Positions 1 through 6,623 of a DNA stretch of 9,245 nt are shown piece after piece. The first letter of the stretch is position 1. Every line of letters starts with the position of its first letter. This DNA is from a virus. Taxonomy: Duplodnaviria > Heunggongvirae > Uroviricota > Caudoviricetes. The notes under the pieces were generated by a model. It was given only the letters and a program-made list of their open reading frames with translations, was not told the origin of the DNA and ran no database searches. Location of the stretch: IMG/VR virus record IMGVR_UViG_2534681736_000017; one strand, 5' to 3'. The translations under genes and the position numbers were made by a program.

Positions 1-11
1 AACTAAGATGA

Positions 12-38
12 AACAAAAAGCCCCACAATATGTGGGGC
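12..38 (-). terminator. Rho-independent terminator downstream of the small cargo ORF
   Basis: Inverted repeat GCCCCACA (20-27) / TGTGGGGC (31-38) with a 3-nt loop; on the minus strand the hairpin is followed by TTTTTGTT (complement of 12-19). Lies about 60 nt past the stop of the 98-283 ORF. Confidence 0.7.
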
Positions 39-97
39 TCCTTCGCGATTTATAGTAAAATAATCGATTCTCTAGCTGAAAAAATCTTTAAAAATTA

Positions 98-283
98 TCA
101 GCAATACGCAAGTTTTTTACCGTCATCCGGTACTAGTTTGATCACTACACCAGGATTCTTACGCTCTAACATCTGAGTTTGACTCCATGTAATACCAAAG
201 GTTTCCATTGGAGATGCATTGCCAGCAAAGAGTTCGGCGACGACTTTAGCTGCCTCAATCTCTATCTGCTCATGATGTTTCAT
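98..283 (-). CDS. Hypothetical small protein (61 aa), second gene of the cargo locus
   Basis: The ORF track gives 98-331 (77 aa). The internal ATG at 283-281 is preceded by AGGGG with about 5-nt spacing, whereas the ATG at 331 has no Shine-Dalgarno, so the shorter form MKHHEQIEIEAAKVV... is preferred. No transmembrane-like segment, so not a holin. No family recognised. Confidence 0.5.
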   Translation of the reverse strand: MKHHEQIEIEAAKVVAELFAGNASPMETFGITWSQTQMLERKNPGVVIKLVPDDGKKLAYC

Positions 284-474
284 AAAAATCCCCTTGTTCA
301 GCACTAAGCTGTAGTTGCTTCTTTGAAGCATAAAGGCAACAAAGTTTGTTACCTGAAGATGTATAAAGTAAAGCGTAGTACATTTTGTGTGTGCTTTGTG
401 TGGATCCAGATTGCATCAACTAAAAGAGGTTTTCAATACTTTTGTAATGATTCTGGAGAAATTAAGAATCTAAC

Positions 475-1017
475 TCACACTGATTGGTTAGGTAAAACGC
501 TCCTAAGCACCATTGCGCAACCACCTCGTTCGTAATCAGCAATGTACTCAAAACCACTTTCAGTATAGTATCTTATTGCCCCATCAACTGGACTAACTAA
601 AGCTATCGAATCAATAGATTCACCCTGAAGGTTCAGAAATCGTGCATATGCAGAGAAGCAATCCAAAACGATACCAAGCATCTGATGGTCTAGGTCTTCA
701 TGTGCATCATTACGTTTTTCCATCCAGCAAATATGCACCGCATTTTTCGGCTTACAGTAACACCCAAATGCAAATCCAATAGGCTCCCCACGATAATAAA
801 CAACTAGTTTTATCGGGTGTTCTTCCATCATATCCATAAACACTCGCGACTTTAGTCCGGGATCCCACCGCAGTTTATTGTTAGCCTTGAGGAACTCCAT
901 ATCTTTTAGTACCAGCTCGTCGGCATATACGAGCCCTAACGACTTATGAGGGAAGCGCCCTTTTAAATACTCTGCAACATTTTTAAATACTGCTGTTTGG
1001 AAGGCTTGAAACATCAT
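475..1017 (-). CDS. GNAT-fold-like putative acetyltransferase (180 aa), first gene after the pR'-like promoter and terminator
   Basis: Intact 180-aa ORF. By eye it fits a GNAT layout: strand-like VVYYRGEPIGFAFGCY, then HQMLGIVLDCFSAYARF (motif-A-like Q-x-x-G-x-V), then C-terminal IRYYTESGFEYI (motif-B-like aromatic-x-x-x-GF). The family assignment is recollection, not a search result. Weak SD (GGAT) before the ATG. Confidence 0.6.
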   Translation of the reverse strand: MMFQAFQTAVFKNVAEYLKGRFPHKSLGLVYADELVLKDMEFLKANNKLRWDPGLKSRVFMDMMEEHPIKLVVYYRGEPIGFAFGCYCKPKNAVHICWMEKRNDAHEDLDHQMLGIVLDCFSAYARFLNLQGESIDSIALVSPVDGAIRYYTESGFEYIADYERGGCAMVLRSVLPNQSV

Positions 1018-1095
1018 GTCGATCCAGACGAGACGAAAGTTTAAATTCTACCTACTCGCCGAATACCATTTCAATGCCACACATCTAAAATTCCG

Positions 1096-1120
1096 AAAAA
1101 AAACCCGCACATCAGCGGGT
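1096..1120 (-). terminator. tR'-like intrinsic terminator of the short late-leader transcript
   Basis: Stem ACCCGC (1103-1108) / GCGGGT (1115-1120), loop ACATCA. On the minus strand it is followed by a run of 7-8 T (complement of the A-run 1096-1102). The plus strand also has a T-rich tail, so it may act bidirectionally. Confidence 0.75.
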
Positions 1121-1168
1121 TTTCTACTTTTTATTAAAGCCGGACACACAATGCCTATCATTGAGAAA

Positions 1169-1196
1169 ATATTATCCATTTTTTTGAAAAATGCAA
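1169..1196 (-). promoter_or_regulatory. Candidate late promoter (pR'-like) immediately downstream of Q
   Basis: On the minus strand: -35 TTGCAT (1196-1191), 16-bp spacer, -10 TAATAT (1174-1169). Predicted start is about 65 nt upstream of the terminator at 1096-1120, which is the lambdoid pR'/short-RNA/tR' arrangement. Sequence-based prediction only. Confidence 0.5.
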
Positions 1197-1227
1197 GCAT
1201 CATGTCGCCATTTTCGTCGAAAATCAT

Positions 1228-1980
1228 TCATCTCGTCACTTTCCTCAATTGTGTCTCAGCATACGCTTCTTCCTGCCAGCACTTTGTAACCAGTTTATCA
1301 ATGACATCTGCATATCCTTTGTACCACTGATAATCCGTCAGGTCTGGTACCAGCTTCTGGACATGAAGCCGCGCCAGTGTGGTTGGTAAACGGCTAAACC
1401 GGTTTCCATTGCAACGCCCACAAACCTTATAAACAGGCGTGCCATGAAGCCTGGTTCTTTTTTCATCCAGGACAATACCTTTACCCTTACACCCTCTGCA
1501 CGCTGTGCTGACTTCTCCCTTACCATGACAATGCTGACACAGTTCCTTCACCCACTCTTCCTTGATAACAGATTCCCCGCTTCTGGAGTGTTTCACCACC
1601 TCGCGCAATACATCATGAAATCCAGTACCAGCACAATGCTCACAGCGAGCCTTACTTGCCGCAGACCTGGAATAATCAGCAAAGGCAAAATTCACAAGGT
1701 AAGGAATGATCTGTAGCCGGGTTTCTTCACTCAATTTGTTCAATGTCGGGTTATCCAGTGCCATCGCGTAATTGAGCAGACCTTCAATCGCAAACTGAGG
1801 ATCCTGAACACCAACTTTTGCCAGGAATAAGGCAAACCCAAGCGGTGCTTTCGACTGCACCATCCCCTGCGCAGCCATTACATCCGTAATTGTTAAACCA
1901 CCAGAGCCTGTCGCCGGTGCGTCATCGCTCAATTTTGGAGATTTTGGGGAGTAATATTTCGGTAAGGCTTCAAAGTTCAT
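1228..1980 (-). CDS. Q-like late-gene antitermination protein (250 aa) with four CxxCxGxG repeats
   Basis: Position is diagnostic: last gene of the early operon, directly upstream of the pR'-like promoter and terminator. Four Cys pairs (CEHCAGTG, CQHCHGKG, CRGCKGKG, CGRCNGNR) indicate zinc binding. Good SD (GGAG, 6-nt spacing) before the ATG at 1980. Resembles the 82-type Q family by recollection. Confidence 0.65.
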   Translation of the reverse strand: MNFEALPKYYSPKSPKLSDDAPATGSGGLTITDVMAAQGMVQSKAPLGFALFLAKVGVQDPQFAIEGLLNYAMALDNPTLNKLSEETRLQIIPYLVNFAFADYSRSAASKARCEHCAGTGFHDVLREVVKHSRSGESVIKEEWVKELCQHCHGKGEVSTACRGCKGKGIVLDEKRTRLHGTPVYKVCGRCNGNRFSRLPTTLARLHVQKLVPDLTDYQWYKGYADVIDKLVTKCWQEEAYAETQLRKVTR

Positions 1981-1993
1981 GCTCGTTCTCCAC

Positions 1994-2989
1994 TTACGCC
2001 AGTACGCCTATTGCCAGCGCACGATCGATAAAACGAAATATCAGCTCCAGCTGGGAGCCATACTTCTCTTCAAATGCCACGGTATCCGCATGCAGCTCGT
2101 CGTGATGCTTTCTGCACAAAGGCAACACAAAGAGGTCATGCGCTTTTGTACCCATTCCTCCCTGACCGTGACCTATCAGGTGGTGGGGATCATCAGCAGG
2201 CTTTCCACAACATGCACACGGCTGTGTCTTAACCCAGCGCGTGTACTTTTCATTAACCCAGCGGCGACGTTTTGGGCGTAACATAAAAGACTCCGGCGAC
2301 TCAGGATCCACTTTCAGCGCCAGCACCTTTTTCGCTTTATCCTGGATGATGCTGGTGGCAGGAACCGAAGGCACAAGGTCACTTTCCCGGGTAACAGACG
2401 GCACAACAGGCTTCGGTAATCTAAGTGCCTTACGGGCTGCACTTTCCGGTAAGGCATCCGCCAGGTCATTACGAATCAGCCACCAGCACAGTTCCGGCAT
2501 TGTCACAACGTGACTGTCATCAAAACCGAGATCCCGACGCACAACAGACAACACCCAGCGGGCACAGTTATCCGTTGCCATTGATTCCAGCCGTTCCGTG
2601 AACTGATCGCGCAGCTGGTTATCGCAGTGCCAGCACAGACGGATTGCGCCCGGAGCGTGTCGCATTGTGGTCATGTTCTCGCTGTGCCAGTCGGAATGAG
2701 GCCACTGGCAGCCTTTTTCACGAAGTAACCAGCTTTCAAGACATTCCACGCCACCAGCACGACGGATCACTGCCTCATTGCGGAACACGGCCCGAACGGC
2801 AGGATCATCCGCCAGCGGTTGTGATGCCGCCGGAACGGCACCACTGGCGAAAGATGAATAACGTTCCGGCTCAGGCTCCAGCAGGACACGCCCCTGCATA
2901 AACAGGGGCATCAGCTCTGAACCTGGCCTGAACAATACGATCCCCATACGCGGGGCAATTTCAGGAGTCAGTAGTGCTCTCACGGTCAC
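1994..2989 (-). CDS. DUF968-like protein with C-terminal HNH-like zinc-binding motif (YdfU-like), 331 aa
   Basis: C-terminal region CACCGKPADDPHHLIGHGQGG...LPLCRKHHDELH (about nt 2090-2218) has a C-x-C-C ... HH ... C ... HH pattern typical of HNH-like modules in lambdoid nin regions. GTG start at 2989 lies one nt after the KilA-N stop (TGAgGTG). Confidence 0.7.
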   Translation of the reverse strand: MTVRALLTPEIAPRMGIVLFRPGSELMPLFMQGRVLLEPEPERYSSFASGAVPAASQPLADDPAVRAVFRNEAVIRRAGGVECLESWLLREKGCQWPHSDWHSENMTTMRHAPGAIRLCWHCDNQLRDQFTERLESMATDNCARWVLSVVRRDLGFDDSHVVTMPELCWWLIRNDLADALPESAARKALRLPKPVVPSVTRESDLVPSVPATSIIQDKAKKVLALKVDPESPESFMLRPKRRRWVNEKYTRWVKTQPCACCGKPADDPHHLIGHGQGGMGTKAHDLFVLPLCRKHHDELHADTVAFEEKYGSQLELIFRFIDRALAIGVLA

Positions 2990-2990
2990 C

Positions 2991-3800
2991 TCAATGAACG
3001 GTATCGAGCAGCTTTAACAGCTCAGGGAATCGGGATTCGAAGAAATGCGGCTGCGTCTCGCGCGGATTTGCGGGACTGGTGATGTTCTTGCCGAACATGC
3101 AGCCTTTCGCTGTCAGCGACCAGAATTTTTTGATGTTGTTAATCGCAGTGCGGCTGTATCGTTCACGTTGTTCAACGATCCCCAGCTTCGCCATCTGGTG
3201 ATATGCCTGATTAGCTGTCAGGCGGATACCATACTGCTTCAGCAGTGCACTCAATGATAGCGTGGGGCGGCTTGAGCCATCAGGCGCGTCAGCAGGAGCA
3301 TCAATGGCATAGCGCGGTGCCAGATTCGGTAAGCCAACAGCCTCCTGGAGTTTCTGACAGGCACCAAGCACTGAAGAGTTAGACAGGTTTAACTCCCGGC
3401 GCATAAAGTCCAGCAGGATCACGCCAGCCTGCATCTTGTCAGCAGCCTGTCCGGATAATTTTTCCGGTGCGCTGGTTACCATATCGAAAGTACGGATCAC
3501 CTTCAGATGGAATGACGGGCTGATCCACATTGCATAGGCATACACCAGTTCCTTGCAGACATACGTTCCCCGTTCATTTCCCCCATGAATCACACTCACC
3601 GGGTCAACACCCAAATTCTGGGTGTTGGTCAATTCATGAACAAGCTCAACAGTTTGTTGGCTGGAAAGAAACTTTCCCGGCTCCTTGGTTCTGGCATTTG
3701 CACCAGATGCTACTGCTGCGCGATGCAGATCGTTCAGGCTGTAACGCCCATAAGCATCACGACGAACTTCAATACCATCAATGACCATCAGATTATTCAT
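2991..3800 (-). CDS. KilA-N domain protein (putative antirepressor or regulatory protein), 269 aa
   Basis: The N-terminal 110 aa carry the KilA-N-type pattern (GRYSLNDLHRAA ... GTYVCKELVYAYAMWISPSFHLKVIRTFD). SD GAGGAG lies upstream of the ATG at 3800. The C-terminal half is unassigned. Confidence 0.7.
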   Translation of the reverse strand: MNNLMVIDGIEVRRDAYGRYSLNDLHRAAVASGANARTKEPGKFLSSQQTVELVHELTNTQNLGVDPVSVIHGGNERGTYVCKELVYAYAMWISPSFHLKVIRTFDMVTSAPEKLSGQAADKMQAGVILLDFMRRELNLSNSSVLGACQKLQEAVGLPNLAPRYAIDAPADAPDGSSRPTLSLSALLKQYGIRLTANQAYHQMAKLGIVEQRERYSRTAINNIKKFWSLTAKGCMFGKNITSPANPRETQPHFFESRFPELLKLLDTVH

Positions 3801-3819
3801 ACTTCGTTTCTCCTCTTAA

Positions 3820-4209
3820 TCAGGCGGCTGCACCCGCCGTTTTCTCGTACTTACTGATAGTGATCTCGACCTTCCCTTCCGGGATAACCGGTCCCCACTC
3901 CACCAGCATTCTTTTCACCTGACTGTCGTCTTCCCACACACCCGCGTGGGTCAGGGCGTCAAACAGCGCCTTGTTATAGTTGTCCAGATCGCGGATCCGG
4001 TTATCCGGAGGAAACAACACGATCTCCACTGAAGCAGGTGCCGACGTTGGTTTCGGCAGACGACGTAACTGCTCAACTATTGCTGCGCACGCCGCGCTCT
4101 GGAATTTTCGCCCCGCCGCGCTTATCAGGCTCTTACCAGCAAACGCCCCTTTGTTGGGGTGTCGCCAGTACGTGTTCACGCTGGGCGGAAAAGGCAGGAT
4201 CAGCTTCAT
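3820..4209 (-). CDS. rusA: RusA-family Holliday junction resolvase (129 aa)
   Basis: LPFPPSVNTYWRH near the N-terminus plus the acidic motifs RDLDNYNKALFDALTHAGVWEDDSQV match RusA by recollection. The start ATG overlaps the upstream stop (ATGA). Confidence 0.85.
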   Translation of the reverse strand: MKLILPFPPSVNTYWRHPNKGAFAGKSLISAAGRKFQSAACAAIVEQLRRLPKPTSAPASVEIVLFPPDNRIRDLDNYNKALFDALTHAGVWEDDSQVKRMLVEWGPVIPEGKVEITISKYEKTAGAAA

Positions 4210-4532
4210 ACTTTCAGGTCCCTCTCATGTAACCAGTGGGTTGCACGCAGCCTTGCGTTTTCCTCACCGGCAAGCAGTGCGCGGATAATCCCGACCGCCT
4301 CGCTGTCGTCGTCCTTCACCGCGATATGAAGCGTTATCCCCCGGGCCACGCCACGCTTTATCGTGATGACGCCTTTTTTCTCCAGTGCGCGAAGATGCTC
4401 CACCGCTGCATTCACTGAACGGTATCCCAGCATGGTTGCCACCTCCTGATTGGTTGGCGGGAAGCCACGTTCTTTCTGATAAGAAATCAGCATATCCAGC
4501 ACCTGCTGCTGGCATTGAGTTAACGTCGTCAT
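4206..4532 (-). CDS. LexA DNA-binding-domain-only protein (108 aa), lacking the S24 peptidase domain
   Basis: Residues 3-70 (LTQCQQQVLDMLISYQKERGFPPTNQEVATMLGYRSVNAAVEHLRALEKKGVITIKRGVARGITL) align position by position with the E. coli LexA N-terminal winged-helix domain as I recall it (LTARQQEVFDLI...[36 protein letters not shown]...SRGIRL). Only about 35 residues follow, with no Ser/Lys dyad. ATGA overlaps at both ends. Confidence 0.8.
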   Translation of the reverse strand: MTTLTQCQQQVLDMLISYQKERGFPPTNQEVATMLGYRSVNAAVEHLRALEKKGVITIKRGVARGITLHIAVKDDDSEAVGIIRALLAGEENARLRATHWLHERDLKV

Positions 4533-5182
4533 GCCGCCATCTCCCTGACCAGTTTTTCTGCCTGCTGGCGAACCTGCGCCAGAAAGGCCTCACCACATGC
4601 CTCAAGTTCATAGCGCCCGATGTAGCTGATTGCCGGTCCCTTCCAGGTCTTGTCGAAAACAGCAATAGCACCAGCGAAGAAAGCGCCTGTCGGCACCTGC
4701 TTCTCATCCTTCGGGATAAACCAGGCAGGCAGTTCAAAACCAATACGCCCGCGAATAAAAGCAATATGATCTGCATCTTCCGGCCACCACACTTCGCTGG
4801 TGGCAGCTTTGATCAGGAAAACATAGCGCCCGCCTTTATCACGCATGGCACTGGCATGCTTCATGATGTAACGCATGCCGGTGATGTATTGCCCCTCATG
4901 CTGACTGGCGCGGCTGTATGGGGGATTACCAAAGGCAGCACCTTTAAGCTCCGCAAGACGTTCTGACCAGTCATGCGCCAGCGCGTTGTCTTCCGCAGTG
5001 TAATAAGCGGCACATTTGGCGTTATCACCGTCAGTGAACAGATCCAGAACAAACGGGCCAAACAGGGTGTTAATTCCCCAGAAAATGTTGTCCGGCGTGC
5101 GCCACTGATCGCCCACTTCCTTCAGTTCATGGGCTGGTTTGTTCCGCAGCTCCACCAGCGCCTGGCAATATTTATTACTCAT
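4529..5182 (-). CDS. Phage Dam-type N6-adenine DNA methyltransferase (217 aa from ATG at 5182)
   Basis: NPPY catalytic motif (FGNPPYS) is encoded at about 4916-4927. The ORF track extends to a GTG at 5215, but the ATG at 5182 has a GGGGG SD and overlaps the upstream stop as TAATG, so 5182 is preferred. Target specificity is unknown. Confidence 0.8.
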   Translation of the reverse strand: MSNKYCQALVELRNKPAHELKEVGDQWRTPDNIFWGINTLFGPFVLDLFTDGDNAKCAAYYTAEDNALAHDWSERLAELKGAAFGNPPYSRASQHEGQYITGMRYIMKHASAMRDKGGRYVFLIKAATSEVWWPEDADHIAFIRGRIGFELPAWFIPKDEKQVPTGAFFAGAIAVFDKTWKGPAISYIGRYELEACGEAFLAQVRQQAEKLVREMAA

Positions 5183-5670
5183 TAAGCCCCCACGTAATTC
5201 CCTGACAGATACCACTCTTCACCCGATACAGCGCGCTTGCTGCTTTTCCGTAAGCACCGCTCACAACGCGCCAGAAAATTGTTTCGTTCTGGCTGGGAGT
5301 GGCTTTCACGGAATGCCGCCATCCACACCGTTGCAGCACGACGGTATAAGCCCCTGGACTCCAGTTCTTCAGCCTGGCGGGTCAGGCACAAAATCACCCG
5401 GGGATCGTTAGTGCCGACATAGAAATTGCGCACAGGTCTGGTTTCACGAACTGGTTGTGGTTCCGGCTCCTGCGCTCTCTCAGTCAGGCGCGGGAAATGT
5501 CTGCGTGTATCCCCTTCACAACGGTGAGCCACACGCCCACTCTGACGTAACTTGCTTGCAGACTGCAGAACGCGCTGCCGTGAGTAACCTGCAAAAGCAT
5601 CCGCAATGTCTCCGGAAGTACAGCCCGGATGGGCTTCAATGAATTTCTGAACGTCATTCAAAAGACTCAT
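5182..5670 (-). CDS. PerC/ANR-family-like transcriptional regulator with an N-terminal extension (162 aa from ATG at 5670)
   Basis: LTRQAEELESRGLYRRAATVWMAAF matches the PerC-type signature (AE-LE--G--RRAA--W) by recollection. ATG at 5670 is preceded by GGGGGTGA; the ORF track starts at a GTG at 5676. Confidence 0.6.
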   Translation of the reverse strand: MSLLNDVQKFIEAHPGCTSGDIADAFAGYSRQRVLQSASKLRQSGRVAHRCEGDTRRHFPRLTERAQEPEPQPVRETRPVRNFYVGTNDPRVILCLTRQAEELESRGLYRRAATVWMAAFRESHSQPERNNFLARCERCLRKSSKRAVSGEEWYLSGNYVGA

Positions 5671-5672
5671 GC

Positions 5673-6614
5673 TCACCCCCTGAATCCTGCCGGGATCTGG
5701 CTGTAGTCCACGTTGTCGTAACTGGCTTTGAAGTACGGGTCCTCGCGTTTTTCGGTGTACGTGCTGACGGACGGCGATAAGCGCAGGGAAAGCTCATCCC
5801 ATTTTTCCCGCAGCTTCGACGGGCTGAGCACGTTACGGCACCAGAACGGATCGCGACTGACGCGGCTGTACATCTCGCAGATTTGTTTATGAGTACGACC
5901 ATCCTGCACACACATCAGGCGAATTTCGTTTGCCCAGGCTGTCCAGTTCGGTTCTTTGGGACGAACCACCTCGCCGTCACATTCGGCGGCATGCTCGTAC
6001 AGGGCGATGATTTTTTTCCAGAGCCACTGTGCACAGGTCAAATCATCCTGCGTCCCCCACTGGCGCTTTTTAGGGCTGAATACAACCGCATCAGGATGGC
6101 GAGTTAAAAAATCCTGTTCATCCGTCTGCGTGTCCGGTTGCGAAGCGTCCGGACGAGAAGGTTTTTTATCTGACGGATCATGTTTTGATTTTACTGACGG
6201 ATCCCCGCCAGATTCTGACGGGTGAAAACCCGCTTTTTTGCCAGATTTCGACGCATCAAATTTTGACGGGTCAGATTTTGATGCGTCAGATTTTGACGGG
6301 TCAGAATCTGACAGTTGAGAAAATGCCGCTGCCTGAAGCTTCGCAACGTTAAGCTGATAAACATTCGACGCATTGCGGTTACCCTGGCGACGCGCCTTAC
6401 GCGTTAACCAGCCTTCTGCTTCCAGCCGTGCGATAGCCGTTCTGACGGTGCTCATCCCCGCGCCAATCTGGCGGGCAATGGTTTCAATTGATGGCCAGCA
6501 CACACCTTCGTCATTACTGAAATCAGCCAGGCGGGCCATAATTGCCACGCTGGATAACTTCATGCCTGACGCAGCGCAACCATCCCATACATAGCCGGTT
6601 AATTTAGTGCTCAT
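5673..6614 (-). CDS. Replication initiator (O-like): N-terminal wHTH, repeat-encoded acidic/Ser-rich linker, C-terminal domain; 313 aa
   Basis: N-terminus (CWPSIETIARQIGAGMSTVRTAIARLEAEGWLTRK) is a winged-HTH of the kind seen in phage replication initiators. The central linker DPSKSDASKSDPSKFDASKS is encoded by tandem DNA iterons. SD GAGG with 6-nt spacing precedes the ATG at 6614. Confidence 0.7.
   Translation of the reverse strand: MSTKLTGYVWDGCAASGMKLSSVAIMARLADFSNDEGVCWPSIETIARQIGAGMSTVRTAIARLEAEGWLTRKARRQGNRNASNVYQLNVAKLQAAAFSQLSDSDPSKSDASKSDPSKFDASKSGKKAGFHPSESGGDPSVKSKHDPSDKKPSRPDASQPDTQTDEQDFLTRHPDAVVFSPKKRQWGTQDDLTCAQWLWKKIIALYEHAAECDGEVVRPKEPNWTAWANEIRLMCVQDGRTHKQICEMYSRVSRDPFWCRNVLSPSKLREKWDELSLRLSPSVSTYTEKREDPYFKASYDNVDYSQIPAGFRG
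6164..6313. repeat. Iteron array (about eight copies of roughly GATTYTGACGGRTCA), putative phage replication origin inside the initiator gene
   Basis: Copies begin near 6164, 6187, 6209, 6242, 6258, 6272, 6287 and 6303. The last four are contiguous at 15-bp period, for example AGATTTTGATGCGTCA, AGATTTTGACGGGTCA, GAATCTGACAG. This is analogous to the lambda ori iterons within gene O. Confidence 0.65.
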
Positions 6615-6623
6615 GACCGACCT

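Noticed and set aside
98-331. Longer 77-aa form of the small cargo ORF
   Set aside because: The upstream ATG at 331 lacks any Shine-Dalgarno, whereas the internal ATG at 283 has AGGGG at the proper spacing.
1016-1330. 104-aa plus-strand ORF spanning the pR'-like promoter and terminator region
   Set aside because: It runs through the terminator hairpin and promoter elements and overlaps the 3' end of the Q-like gene on the opposite strand; it is an AT-rich open frame with no SD.
4264-4776. 170-aa minus-strand ORF, Arg/Gly-rich (MQIILLLFAGVLV...RRQRGGRDYPRTACR)
   Set aside because: It is an alternative frame across the Dam and LexA-like genes. The low-complexity Arg-rich composition is typical of an off-frame read through GC-rich coding DNA, and it has no SD.
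4385-4966. 193-aa plus-strand ORF
   Set aside because: It is antisense to the well-supported Dam methyltransferase and LexA-like genes, has no recognisable domain and would break the coupled operon.
4529-5215. Longer 228-aa form of the methyltransferase starting at GTG 5215
   Set aside because: The ATG at 5182 has a strong SD and overlaps the upstream stop (TAATG); the extension would overlap the PerC-like gene by 33 nt.
6027-6036. Palindrome CTGTGCACAG
   Set aside because: It contains CTGT and ACAG, but the spacing is 2 nt rather than 8, so it is not a LexA box.
6191-6373. 60-aa minus-strand ORF with repetitive peptide (TRQNLTHQNLTRQNL)
   Set aside because: It is an off-frame translation of the iteron repeats inside the replication initiator gene.
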